Of a DNA stretch of 64,000 nt, positions 51,026 through 64,000 are shown piece after piece. Position 1 is the stretch's first letter; every line of letters starts with the position of its first letter. Both the position numbers and the translations under genes were made by a program. The stretch lies in NCBI RefSeq assembly GCF_001194135.2, contig NC_068986.1, forward strand, positions 65,780,995 to 65,844,994, given 5' to 3'. The notes under the pieces were generated by a model that ran no database searches, had not been told where the DNA came from, and worked only from the letters and a program-made list of their open reading frames with translations. Source of the DNA: Octopus bimaculoides (taxonomy: Eukaryota).

Positions 51026-54000
51026 CTTTCACAGAGTGATCATGTCCGGGATGATTTCCATACTATTTTGGTCCGTTTGGATCAGTAACTCCATTCCTTA
51101 CTCTAATTATGCTTTTATGTAGCCCCTGAAACTGCGATATATTGATTTTGCTTTTTATGTTTAAGAAAACAGCTGTTTTCAAGCTGCTGATGTTTACTTC
51201 TAGGGCCACATCAACCGCTTTTATTCTCATTACTCCTCAACCCAGTTCGTCACATTTTTGCTTTAACGTAGATTACTTCTTGGCCCCATCCTCTTACGGA
51301 AATTTCACCTCTGCCGTGCCTATTTTTTCGTAGTGAGGTTCGTTTTGATGCCAACTTTGGTCTGAGGCAATTTCTTGTTTGTTGTGTTGCTCTCTCTATT
51401 TTCCAACTTCCATTCCTATGTATTTGTAAATAACAGTTTTGAGATTGGTTTCTTGCCGGATAGATTTTGGTATATTTGTGGTATGCTTAGATTAGACATT
51501 ATTAGCATTTTTAAAATCCTGGGTGGATAAAAAATGTCTTCTTTCTGTCATACAGCATTCGCGAACCCATTAGAAGTTGATTTCTTAATCACGTTGTTGT
51601 TCTTTTTTTATTGAGTTGGTGTTAATGTGTGGTAGTGACAGAGTTGTTAGTTGTCGTTGTATGCTGGAATTCGCTTATCTGTTTAAAACGGCAGTTTAAG
51701 TTGTCGTCTTTCTATTTCTCATTCTCATTGCTGTCGTTGTTTGGTCGGCTCCAGTAGAGGTGGTAATGGTGGAGGTGTGCTTTGGTTTAGTATGAAGAAG
51801 GCAGCGTTAAGACAAGTATTTCAGTCTGTAATCTCGTCTCCCTGTCTTTCCGCCAAATAATCTGGCGCCATGATTTTTTTTAATATTTAAAAGAAAATAA
51901 GTAAATTTCTTGAGTTTTAAAAGACAGTTAAAATGAAACAGAACTTAGGAGGGAATATGGAAAAGTCGAACACATTCAAAACTAAGGTAAAATGTCGTTT
52001 CTCTCCTATGAAATTGCAGAAGAAGAATTAAGTGTAGATTTCTTCAACCACATCAAACTTACCACTTTCACCATTTTTTACTAATACATTGGGGAGGGAG
52101 CTTCTACATGATCACTCGACCAACAAGAAATAGCAGCCAAATGTCTCTTAAATCACACGCTATCGGCTTAAAACAAAATACAGATTACCTCTTCAAATTT
52201 TTATACACTGTTCCTTACTAGATCTAATGGATTCTACGTAAATTTTTCTCTTTAACAAGTTCCCCTACTTATTGTTTAAAATTGTATCTCGATTACCTAT
52301 CAACAAGTTCACATACCAGCAACAATCTTTAAGAAAAAGTGCTTGACGGCAGTACGTCTTTCTCAGACCTCACATTATTTTTCATGAAATAATGGTGAAG
52401 GATTAACCAGAGAGAAACAGTACAATCCTCAGTCCTTTTCTTTACACTGACATGAAATGATAGATTATATGTCCTTCAACTGAAACTGGTGAGAGACAAT
52501 CTTCACGATGAACACGACTGACAACCACATCTACCCAACACGTGATACAAATGTTTGACAAAACTTCCTCTCCCCAGTGGGAGAACAGTGCAAAGTGGCT
52601 GAAAAAGACATTGAAAGTACATCCGCTATGGACAAAGTGTCACTCGAAAACCGTACACATCGGTCTGAAATCAGCTTGTACGTGGTGAAAACCCGAATGT
52701 GACATTGCTGCTATAGTGACCTCTGCCATTCTCCTAAAATATTTTCTCTTCTCTTGTCTAAGAACTCCCACTTTAGTTCTGACAACGTAACTTTCATGTT
52801 TTACATAGATGAAATCGTTCAGACACATTAATTTTGATTGCAATTCGCCTGTGATGCTTTTCCTGATAGACACTTCAATTTACATCTACTGGCTCACCCA
52901 AACTATACCTTACTTAGTCTAATGGGTTCTACTTTAATTTTAATTCTTTTCTTTAACAAGACCCACAACTCATCGTTTAGAATTACCGTACTCTTTTTGT
53001 ACTGGGAAAGACGTATCAATTTCCAGTAATTTGGCCACTTTGTAGATAACATAAGCTTACAGTGCGTGCACATCACAAGCTTTTGCTTTATTTAGCAAGC
53101 CAACCAGAATTATGAATGACCTATCGTATCCTATTCGCCATCTTAATAGAATCTCCTATCTAGATACAACTTACGTGTCCTGTTGCATTTATCCAAGTCA
53201 ACATCCAGCAAATCCATTCAACATCTGTTTGAGGGGATGGAACAGTAAGGAGTGGAATGTTCCTAGCACATTACCAGTCGACTAAAGAACCTTAGCAGGC
53301 ACATCTACTTCGCCGCTCCGAAAAGTATCCATAAACGTCGATGAACAACACTGATAATTAAAAAAACAGATGCGGAAAATGATGCATTAGTTTATTGTTT
53401 AAATGTCATTGCCCTCTTTTCCAATATAGCTTTATATGTTATGTATCAGTAATGGTCACACTAAACGCAGACTGGCTACCACTTTTAAACAGACAATCGG
53501 GAAGAGGTATATTCAGCCAGGTATATTGAGTCAAAATCAAAGACTTACAGACAATGATAATGTCAACGATAGAATTCAGCGCGATATCAAAATTCGAATA
53601 CGATAATTGGGCTTAACGCATAACATCTAAAAACATTGTACCAAAATTATGACAATGAAAATATATAACTGGATTTTACTCTTCGGTTCTCGCAAATAAA
53701 CAGATGTATACTGTACTACTACATTCTACTTCTAAGATGAGACTAGCACAACATGTACATATGGAAAGAAACTAGCCTGAATCGGAGAGATTCTCTGGTC
53801 CGAACAGATTAGGTTATTTAAGATGATCAATTCTTCAACTAAAAGCAGACAATATATCAGATACAAAATACAACAAAAACAATCAGTGATACCGATTTCA
53901 GTCACACAATTTTAGTGCACGTCTTAGATACCATTTCACTTTCCCTTAACTGTAATGAATGTGATAACTCCAGGAAGGTCTCCGGATTTTCGAAGATGTC

Positions 54001-54648
54001 ACAGCCGTCCACAGAGCGAGCATAAGAGAGGATTTGCATAAATGCTTTCATAACAATAGGATACAAGTGAGCTATCAATGTGTAGGTGTGTGCGCGAGAA
54101 TTCTATTATATAAATTACAGTCAAAATCCCATTCAAATACATCGAGTTTCGTCTCAGAAGAGTACAATAAGCTATTTACCAAGGTGGCTGCCGGAAACAC
54201 ACACTGAGACACACACATAAATATATCTGAGGATATGTGTGTGCGCGTGCGTGTATATATATGTGCGAGTGCGTATGTATGTATTCCAAGCGTTACTTGC
54301 TCAATAAGCAGCTTGATAATCAAGTACTTATTGAAACTAAAACAATGGCAACGTGTTATATTTCTTGTAACCATTTAGAACACACATATACGCTTATAAT
54401 CATATTTTTGTACTAATACAGTGATATAACTAAAGTTAAATCGAGTGTCTACCATGTCGTAGATCTAAGACTTTGATACTTAAGAGAATGGAATATAAAT
54501 ACAAAATGAAGCAAAACTGAACATAACGGTATAAACAAAAATAGATATAATTCCAGCCGAATGACGAATATTTTCTTTTTAATAGTTGCCATGAAACCTC
54601 AACGACGCAATTGCTATAAACATATACGGATATATATATGTATATATA

Positions 54649-54682
<34 letters not shown>

Positions 54683-54718
54683 TGTTATAAGCATATACAT
54701 ATATATATATACACATTC

Positions 54719-54749
<31 letters not shown>

Positions 54750-55554
54750 TGTATGTATGTATGTATGCATGTATGTAAAACTTCTTTACATTGCAGATCT
54801 GATTTTCTCGTTGGCAGTTATTCAAATGATTGAAGTACAGAGGCAGCGTGACAGTATATAAGGAAAAATATTCACAAAAGTATCGGAATATCTTCATGTT
54901 TTCACTGGCAATCAATCAAATCATTATGATTTGTTTAGTTGCCCAACAAACTGCAAGAAAATACATTTCACATTCTTCTATGCAGAAAATGGTCTCTTTT
55001 TATCTAGTCACGTCCAAAAATACTAAATCTATTCTTGAATGGGCTAAACGAAGATCTAGAGTTAATGAATAAATAAATGGCTTATTTTTAATTATATAAT
55101 CGCATTTCTAATCATAGCAAAACCATTTAATAAGAAAGTATTTTGGTCAGTTGGTAGATTCACAATATAGAATAACTATCAAAATATGAAATTTCGGAGG
55201 AGTGGTTTTATTTATTTATCATCAAAATTAAAAAAACAAAAACAAAATGTATTTATATGGTATACTTTCCAAGAGGCAAAGGTCATATTTACAACCATTA
55301 ATGTAATAATTTACAGTTGTTAATTATATCAGCCTCAAAAGTTCAGATATGCATGGTCAGTGAAATTGTGCGGCAAATTTCTAGGTATTTAGATGTACGT
55401 GTCACATGATCTGAGTGAACGGAGGTGGATAGCTCATATTCTGCACATGACAATAAAAAAGAGGAACAGGTAATGCATTTCAGAACGCTTTCTTGGTAAT
55501 TAAACGCATCTCGAAGATAAATAATAGTGTATTGTATTTGCAAATATTTATGCT

Positions 55555-55587
<33 letters not shown>

Positions 55588-56415
55588 NNNNNNNNNNNNN
55601 NNNNNNNNNNNNNNNNNNNNNNNNNNNNNNNNNNNNNNNNNNNNNNNNNNNNNNNNNNNNNNNNNNNNNNNNNNNNNNNNNNNNNNNNNNNNNNNNNNNN
55701 NNNNNNNNNNNNNNNNNNNNNNNNNNNNNNNNNNNNNNNNNNNNNNNNNNNNNNNNNNNNNNNNNNNNNNNNNNNNNNNNNNNNNNNNNNNNNNNNNNNN
55801 NNNNNNNNNNNNNNNNNNNNNNNNNNNNNNNNNNNNNNNNNNNNNNNNNNNNNNNNNNNNNNNNNNNNNNNNNNNNNNNNNNNNNNNNNNNNNNNNNNNN
55901 NNNNNNNNNNNNNNNNNNNNNNNNNNNNNNNNNNNNNNNNNNNNNNNNNNNNNNNNNNNNNNNNNNNNNNNNNNNNNNNNNNNNNNNNNNNNNNNNNNNN
56001 NNNNNNNNNNNNNNNNNNNNNNNNNNNNNNNNNNNNNNNNNNNNNNNNNNNNNNNNNNNNNNNNNNNNNNNNNNNNNNNNNNNNNNNNNNNNNNNNNNNN
56101 NNNNNNNNNNNNTTTCCTGTCTTGTTTTGTGTCCGCCACTACATTCCTCCATGGCAAGATTTAATTTGTGTATACAAATTTAATTTGCGGTCCATGGGAA
56201 GAGCCGTTTTAACGATGCGTCCTGCCCAGCTTTTCGAAACGTCCGTGTTAAAATGGGGGTAGCAGATGAAGTAGAATGTTCTCTATGTGGCTTGTGTGTT
56301 TTCTCGTCTACGTTTTGTTTGCAATGTCCTGTACCCAGATATACACCTATACATGCAGGTAGATGTCGGTATGCACATACCTGTACGTATATATGCATAT
56401 ACTCATTTACTATTT

Positions 56416-56455
<40 letters not shown>

Positions 56456-56838
56456 ATTATAAACACACATTTATCCGTATGTATATATATAATGCGCTCT
56501 ACTGAACCAGAAAGTAACAAAAGTAAGTCAGTCAAAAACGTCTCTTTGTTCTATTATGTCTCTTTGAAGGTTCAGATGATTATAAAGTCTCAGATAATTG
56601 ATATTGTTTTATTGTTTTTTTCTGTCACAACAAACTATGTGCTGTTTAGATAAGCAATGAAATAAGGACAGACGAGAATGCTATGTGAAGTAAGTTTACG
56701 TTCTTATCAGATAATTGTATCGGTTGGATAGGAAGGGGACACGTCTTCAGCTTGAGAGGAATTACGATAATTTCTTCCTTAAATTCCAGTTGTACCACTG
56801 TCTTCAAATATTTGTTTAATTATATGTATTTATATATG

Positions 56839-56881
<43 letters not shown>

Positions 56882-57285
56882 NNNNNNNNNNNNNNNNNNN
56901 NNNNNNNNNNNNNNNNNNNNNNNNNNNNNNNNNNNNNNNNNNNNNNNNNNNNNNNNNNNNNNNNNNNNNNNNNNNNNNNNNNNNNNNNNNNNNNNNNNNN
57001 NNNNNNNNNNNNNNNNNNNNNNNNNNNNNNNNNNNNNNNNNNNNNNNNNNNNNNNNNNNNNNNNNNNNNNNNNNNNNNNNNNNNNNNNNNNNNNNNNNNN
57101 NNNNNNNNNNNNNNNNNNNNNNNNNNNNNNNNNNNNNNNNNNNNNNNNNNNNNNNNNNNNNNNNNNNNNNNNNNNNNNNNNNNNNNNNNNNNNNNNNNNN
57201 NNNNNNNNNNNNNNNNNNNNNNNNNNNNNNNNNNNNNNNNNNNNNNNNNNNNNNNNNNNNNNNNNNNNNNNNNNNNNNNNNNNNN

Positions 57286-57327
<42 letters not shown>

Positions 57328-58642
57328 TAAACAGCAATGTCCAAATACAGACATACACGCATAGTTACATTTGTAAAATAGCTATATAAATAAATAACTT
57401 TTGAATGGCCTCCGCACGAGAGACTAATTTCAAAAGGAAAAGGTATTTTTAAAAAACATATGAAAGAAAAATAAATACATTAGGATATGTAGCAAATTCT
57501 ATGTATATTAATCATTATCACCAAAGCTGTATGCTCCCATGAAAGTTTTCGGTAAATCTGTTAATAAGTTTTAAAAAATTAAAATGAAACAAAAAATAAT
57601 TAGAAAATATATAGGAATATTCCATACTAATAATGATCAAAGCCATCCCAACATTCTAGCGTGAATAAAGCAATTATACCGAGAAACCCCTTCTGCTATT
57701 TCTTTTTCTTTATATAATATCTTTTATTTCTTTTTCTTTATTCTCTCTATTTTGTTTTCTCTAGCTTTCTCTCGTTTTACTTTCACTTTTACTTTCTCCA
57801 CTTTTGTTTTGTATTTTTTACTCCGTTGGGAAATATTTGTTATTTGGAGGGTAGGTGGGATGAAGCACATACGTCTTCTTTCCACTCCTCTCCTGAAAAA
57901 GGCAGTAGATAAAGCAAGAAATACTGCAGTGTTTATGTGTGTAGTGAGAGTTAGATGAAATTACTTTAATTATGAATCTAATCAAGAGATTTCTTCAGCA
58001 CACACCCTCCTCCGTTTCTCTCCATTTCTCTGTCTCTTTATTTGTCTTAATCTCTGTATCTCCTTTATTTGAATATATTTTTCGTTTATTTGTATTTTAA
58101 AATTTCTTTTGTTATCATTTGTTAACATTTTTTTTCTTTTAAGGAAGTAACTTTGGGGAATTTTCCAGAATATACTGAAATACATTAATTAAAAGCTGTA
58201 ACAAAAGAAGCCAGTTGAAAATTCAACAATATACATTTATATTATTCACTTAAGTCGATTGAAAATATAAAAAATAATTATCGTAAATAAGGTAAGTAGT
58301 TGTATTTTACATTTAATGTCCTAATGCATTAGTCTACAGGGGTCATAAACACGTTGAACAAGTGAACAAAAGTCTAATGCACCTGTGAAAATTTTAAATA
58401 GCTCATATAGCTTTTAGAATGGTGATGTATGTTGGAGTGTACTTAAAAGTTCTTCGTCAGATTCATCACATTTACGAAGAGATGAGTAATTTCGAAATAC
58501 GAATTACCACAAGATATTTTTTATTTTTTGTCGGTTAAACCCGTTGTGGTACTTGTCACGGTATATACGCACATGAGCACACACACACACACACACACAA
58601 ACATACACACACACTCGCACACATAGTTACACACGTATGTAC

Positions 58643-58722
<80 letters not shown>

Positions 58723-58848
58723 ATATATATACAAACATGCATATATATATATATATATATACAGGGATATTCACCAATAGCAGTTGTACATCTAACTGTA
58801 CACACAGTACAGCACACATTCACACACACACACATATACAGATGTATA

Positions 58849-58887
<39 letters not shown>

Positions 58888-60394
58888 GGCCCAGAGAGGT
58901 AGACTATTGAAATTGCAAGAGAGTCGGATGAGAAACTTTGTGGTATTTGTCCTAGCATTCTGGGTTTCGAATCCTTACGTAGTAGACTTAATTCATCACT
59001 CACTTTAATACATTCACCCCTTGTTCTTGGGAGCCTTTCTCGAAGTTCACACTGTAGCCAAAGTTTGGGTTACATTTTGGGTTTGAATATAGCTACCTTT
59101 CTAACTCTCATTAGCTTCGAAGCCCAGAACAGGCAAAGAATGATGGGTACACACCTTTCTACATTGACGAAGGATAAAAGAATTTCGAAATCATAATAGA
59201 TCGATCGATCGATCGATCGATCGATAGATAGATAGATAGATAGATGGATTGATGGATGGATGGATGGATAGTTTTTGTCATTTGTTCCCTATACACGTTT
59301 CGCAATTGTAGCTACTTGCATCTTCTGCAGTGTTTGTTCATAGTCTATTTATTTGCAGGCTTAGAACGGTTTTTCAGGGAAACTCTTGATTACATTATGT
59401 AAACACAGAACAGATGCTTATCATAAGAGAAGTCTTTCTTTTAAATATGTTGAGATAAAGGAGAAAGAAAGATATAGCAAAGGAAAAAGAAGTAAAGGAA
59501 AAGAATGAAACAGAGAGGGGAAAGAAAAAGCATAAAAGGAAACGGGCAAGAAAGAGAGATAATACATGTTGGGAATAATAGCGGTGTCAGCTTTGGATAG
59601 GTTTTAAGGTACAAATCTCGTAAATGCCCTGGAATTTGAATATTGAAACAGTTATATACATCCAAGAATACAAACAGATAAATTGGTAATGTCCTTACAT
59701 TTGTTAGAGAACGCGACTTACTGACTTTCTTGTAAATGGTCTCAGCTTAATGTATCCCACTCATTTAGGTGTATATAAAATTTGTAAAAGTGCTAACAAC
59801 TAGGTGGATGTAATTCAGGCGGGCAAAATGGAAAAGGTGTTGCTCCAGAGGCTGGCAAGGGAGAAGCACTGGAACAGCCACTATCTATGACTCACGGGGC
59901 TCACAATTTTTAACTAACATCGTGTACGGAAGAATATACCAGGCCACAGTACGGTTCCTAGTCCTTTTTTTTTTTTTCGCCATACTCATGTAATGGTTTT
60001 CCAAGATACTGCCATTGTTTGCGTATCTCTAGTTGGCTTTCATAAGATTTATAACAGGCTAAACATTGATACGTTTTTTATCCATCAGCTGGTAATTTCT
60101 TATCTTGGATATTCCGTTTTTACAGCAGATGAGTATATTCTGGATATTGTTGGGTTTTCTCCTATTGGAGTTTAAGTTACACTTTGATAGTCCTAAAAGT
60201 GAAACGATTGTTTGTTCTGTGGTGTTTTCCTTTACCTGCATTATTTTATTTGCTTCGTTTTATGGTTCTTCTTAGTCGGTGTCTTAACAATTATATCATG
60301 TGTATCGTTTTTATTTTTATTGATTAGGGTTTTTAATTCAGTGCGTCAATGTATTTGATCAGATCAAAATTATTCGAAATGTTAAAGAAATACT

Positions 60395-61100
60395 TGAAGT
60401 TGCAGAACATAAAAAATGACTGATAAAGCTACTAGTGCTTAATAGAGGCTGTTACTAATTATACTGAAGACCTGCAGAAAATAATTGCTGGATAGGGCTA
60501 CACACCAGAGTAAGTATACAATGTTAATAAAACTGTATTTTTCTAGAAGCGTATCCTCGCGAGAACTTTTATTTCTCATGAAAAATTAATCGGCACCAGG
60601 ATTCAAAGCTTCAAAAAGTCATCTGACGCTTCTTCTGCAAGAAAAGGCTACTTCTGGATGAAGATCAGCATATCAGATGCTGGGAATAACATAACTGAGC
60701 CATGGGATGAAATGAAACCCTCAAATTTGGATGGTGTTTGGAAAGAATATAAGGCCATAATGTATCTTTACAAGTTCTTTACAAGTAGAAGGTCTACGTC
60801 AAATTCGAAAAGATGTGACACCGGCAAAATTTGTAGGTTTGAAGACGCCATAGATGAAGTGGTTGACTCGTTAGTGCCCCATAGAGAAAGTTTATCTAAT
60901 GAGGAAGCTGATGCTGTTAGACCAGGAACAAAGTGAGAATACAGATGAGAATAAGGAAATTCCAACAGCTCCAATTAAATTTTCTGCAAAGTATAATATA
61001 CTGCTGAAGGTTTGGCACTTATAGAGGAAAATCTGCTTATGTTTGCTGATAACGACTCCCATTGTGAACGATGCTAAGCTTTTTAAACTTCACTGGTAAT
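60395..61100 (+). pseudogene. Tigger/pogo-family transposase remnant with an internal deletion
   Basis: YTEDLQKIIAG*GYTPE*VYNVNKTVFF*KR..RT(F)ISHEK..APGFKASKSHLTLLL, then FWMKISISDAGNNITEPWDEMKPSNLDGVWK and EVVDSLVPHRESLSNEE. Confidence 0.82.
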
Positions 61101-61392
61101 AAAAAAAAAATACATGACGTGCATATAATGATCTCCGTTCCTGTGCTGAGTTGTTGAGGATTATAAGCTTTAAACATTAAACTACTCTGGAGAAGTTCTT
61201 CTCCACTCCAGTAGTTGTTAAATATAAACTATTAGAAGGTAACCCCAGTAGTTTTCATTCCACCACCATCTCTCACAGTAATCAAGTCATTTCACATTAT
61301 GGAATCACACGCTAGAACAAACTTTTCATAAGTCGAGAGATTCCTGTATATACTTGTACAGTATGTGTACAGTATCAGGTGCGTAACACTGC

Positions 61393-61638
<246 letters not shown>

Positions 61639-62336
61639 TGTTTACATGAAATTTTTAGACTAGCACACACACAAGCATACACACATACTCTCATACACAC
61701 ATTCGCATACACAAATACTAGTTCTATGTCAAGAAACCTGGAAACTTGGAAATGGACTTTTCTATGTAATTGATGGTTAGCTACGAACGAACGTAGATAC
61801 CGGATTTCGCCGAATTACACAAACCACGTACATTGAAAAACAGAATAAACTTCGTTAACATTGAAATGGAAAACTAAATGACGTAGTCAATCTGGATTGC
61901 CAATTAATCTGTTCAAAGAGTTCGAGCTATTAAACACAAGCTTGAAAGTATTAACTTGTTAACATTAAAACTTCACGAGGAGTCAAGGACTCCCAACTCT
62001 ATCTGCAATAGCAAAACTCTTCACAGATAAATATAAAAAAAGATATATGTAATTTATGAAATAAATTAAAACTTCATAAAACAGCTTTATGTCGCAACAA
62101 ATCTTGGCAAGGAACAACATCGATAACAAACTGAAATACATGAAACTACAAACGTCAAAAGATGCTAAACAAATACGAAAATATGGACTAATCCTTCATA
62201 CAGCATGTATATAACAAGGGTCTTCATAATATTGATAAATACATTCATACATCTTATTTCACATAGACCTCATACACAATTTACTTGAAGTTCTGTTGAA
62301 GTTATGGTTGTCTGGGCAATATAGAGTCACAAATCA

Positions 62337-62510
62337 AGGCGGTGATCTGGCATAATCGCTACCGCACCGGATAAAAATGCTTAGCGGTATTTTTTCTGAC
62401 TTCACTTGGGGAGTTCAAATGCCGCCGGGGTCGACTTTGCCTTTCATCTTTTCGGAGTCGTCCTCCGAAATTGCTGGCCTTGTGCCAAAATTTGAAACTA
62501 ATATAAAGTC
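62337..62510 (+). mobile_element. SINE family B copy
   Basis: AAGGCGGTGATCTGGCATAATCG...GTCGACTTTGCCTTTCATC...GCCTTGTGCCAAAATTTGAAAC. Confidence 0.85.
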
Positions 62511-62894
62511 ACAAATCTTCAAGTGTAATAAAAGGAAAAAAAGAATAAATGGAACTGTAGAAATATAGTAAACTGCATCAACATTTAAACATGAGTGCTG
62601 AAAGAGCTAGTAGACAGAACTCACGTAAAAATAGTAAATAGCATGGAGAATACATATAATTGAAAATACTGATAAAACTCGATATACACTCCATATTCTT
62701 TCGGTCAGATACAGGAGCAAAAGCATTTCCGCTTTCATGTCAAAATGCATTTGACATCAAAAAGCCAGAAAGAACATAGCACAACGTATGAAATGCGGCT
62801 GAAATATCAAATTCACAGAACAATCGTCACAGTCAAACCATATACAACTCATAAATTAAAGCTATCAAATATACCAACCAATATTTTGAATGTG

Positions 62895-63040
62895 TGATTC
62901 AAATCCTGCTGAGGTCGAATTTGCCTGTCATCCTTTTGGGATCGATAAGATAAGTACCAGTTGAGTACTGGGATCCATGTAATCGACTTATCTCCTCCCC
63001 TGAAATTACTGGCCTTGTACCAAAATTTGAAATCGATATT
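62895..63040 (+). mobile_element. SINE family B 3' part
   Basis: GATTCAAATCCTGCTGAGGTCGAATTTGCC...ATAAGTACCAGTTGAG...GCCTTGTACCAAAATTTGAAA. Confidence 0.85.
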
Positions 63041-63600
63041 TTGTATACGAGAGGGAAAATATTTTTCTTTTTTTCTTACTCAGGAAAAATTCACATATCA
63101 AACATCAGTGTACTGGGGGTACATTAGAAACATAAACGGTCGAACAAATTAACTGAGATTCAGGGTAAGACGTGACATTTGATACTAAAATGTTAATTCC
63201 AAAATTATAGTTCAATAAAAAGAAGTGTTATCTTCCTTTAAGGTGTCCCCCTTTAAAAGAATAATGTCCTCCTAACAGCTGAACAATGTTTAACGTTAGT
63301 TATCGAATTCGATTTGAAGTAATTCTACATATTATATGTGGAATATACACGACAGCCAAAGAAATGGTTATGTCTTGACGCAATCTTAGATTTTCAAATT
63401 GTTTCCATCTCTGATCTTTGGCTGTAGACACAAACTGATCACCTGAAATAATCTAGAAACTACGAGTAGTGACATAAAGTCGAGTACATTAACTAAGCAT
63501 ACTTGAAAACATGTATTGAGTTCTCTAACTTCATTCGTTTTAAAATTATATATATATATATCCGTTTTCCCCTCTCTCCATCTATTTTCTCTCTTCTTTC

Positions 63601-63640
63601 CTTTCTGAAGACAGAAGAGCGTAGGCTCGAAACGTAGAAG
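63601..63640 (+). ncRNA. Minimal type I hammerhead ribozyme motif in a Penelope-like terminal fragment (~63560-63720)
   Basis: CTTT-CTGAAGA-CAGAA-GAGC-GTAG-GCTC-GAAAC-GTA-GAAG. Stem I CTTT/GAAG, stem II GAGC/GCTC, palindromic ACGT stem III. There is an extra insertion after the CUGANGA box. Confidence 0.65.
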
Positions 63641-63724
63641 ATTTCTTCCATTGTTCTCTCACCTGTTTCTTTCTTTTGGGATTTTTGTATTCTTTTATTC
63701 TGGAGCAACGCCTTTAGTCTAACA

Positions 63725-63958
63725 GGACTTATTCTTTGTAAGCCTAGTACTTATTTCATCGGTTTCTTTTGCCGAACCGATATGTTACGGAGACGTAAAC
63801 ACACCAACATCGGTTGTGTGTGTGTGTGTGTGTGTGTGACTGTGTTTGTCCTCCCACCGTCGCTTGACAGCCGATGTTGGTGTGTTTACGTCTCCGTAAC
63901 ATAGCGGTTCGGCAAAAGAAACCGATAAAATAAGTACTAGGCTTACAAGAATAAGTCC
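63725..63958. repeat. Inverted pair of SINE family A 3' halves around a (TG)n spacer
   Basis: 63725-63817 versus the reverse complement of 63867-63958: 3 mismatches and 1 indel over ~93 bp. Confidence 0.93.
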
Positions 63959-64000
63959 AAAGAATAAGTCGTATATATATATATATACGACGGGCTTTTT

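Noticed and set aside
51030-51870. Possible LINE ORF1 remnant (minus strand)
   Set aside because: A-rich strand bias fits, but no diagnostic motif is readable.
59164-59192. TGACGA...CGAAA motif
   Set aside because: It lacks C3 and has poor stem II pairing.

Overview
AT-rich eukaryotic genomic DNA from a draft assembly. It has about 15 N-gaps, most bordered by (TA)n/(CA)n tracts. The SINE families and simple-repeat load match sequences I recall from Octopus (coleoid cephalopod) DNA; that species call is inference. I found no recognisable host protein-coding gene, intact tRNA/rRNA gene or CRISPR array. Almost all ORF-track entries are microsatellite or N-gap read-throughs. The window is a transposon graveyard: mariner/Tc1/Tigger elements, several MITEs (TA-target, hAT-type, piggyBac-type), decayed R4/Dong, RTE, L1/Tx1 and CR1-like LINEs, three tRNA-derived SINE families, Penelope-like ends with minimal hammerhead ribozyme motifs, a probable 166-bp solo LTR and many microsatellites. 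The most notable items are: (1) two copies of a fold-back mariner derivative that share one junction and keep only the DNA-binding half of the transposase; (2) minimal dimer-type hammerhead motifs; (3) several long near-perfect inverted repeats that would form dsRNA if transcribed. All element classifications come from manual translation and recalled family motifs, not database searches.
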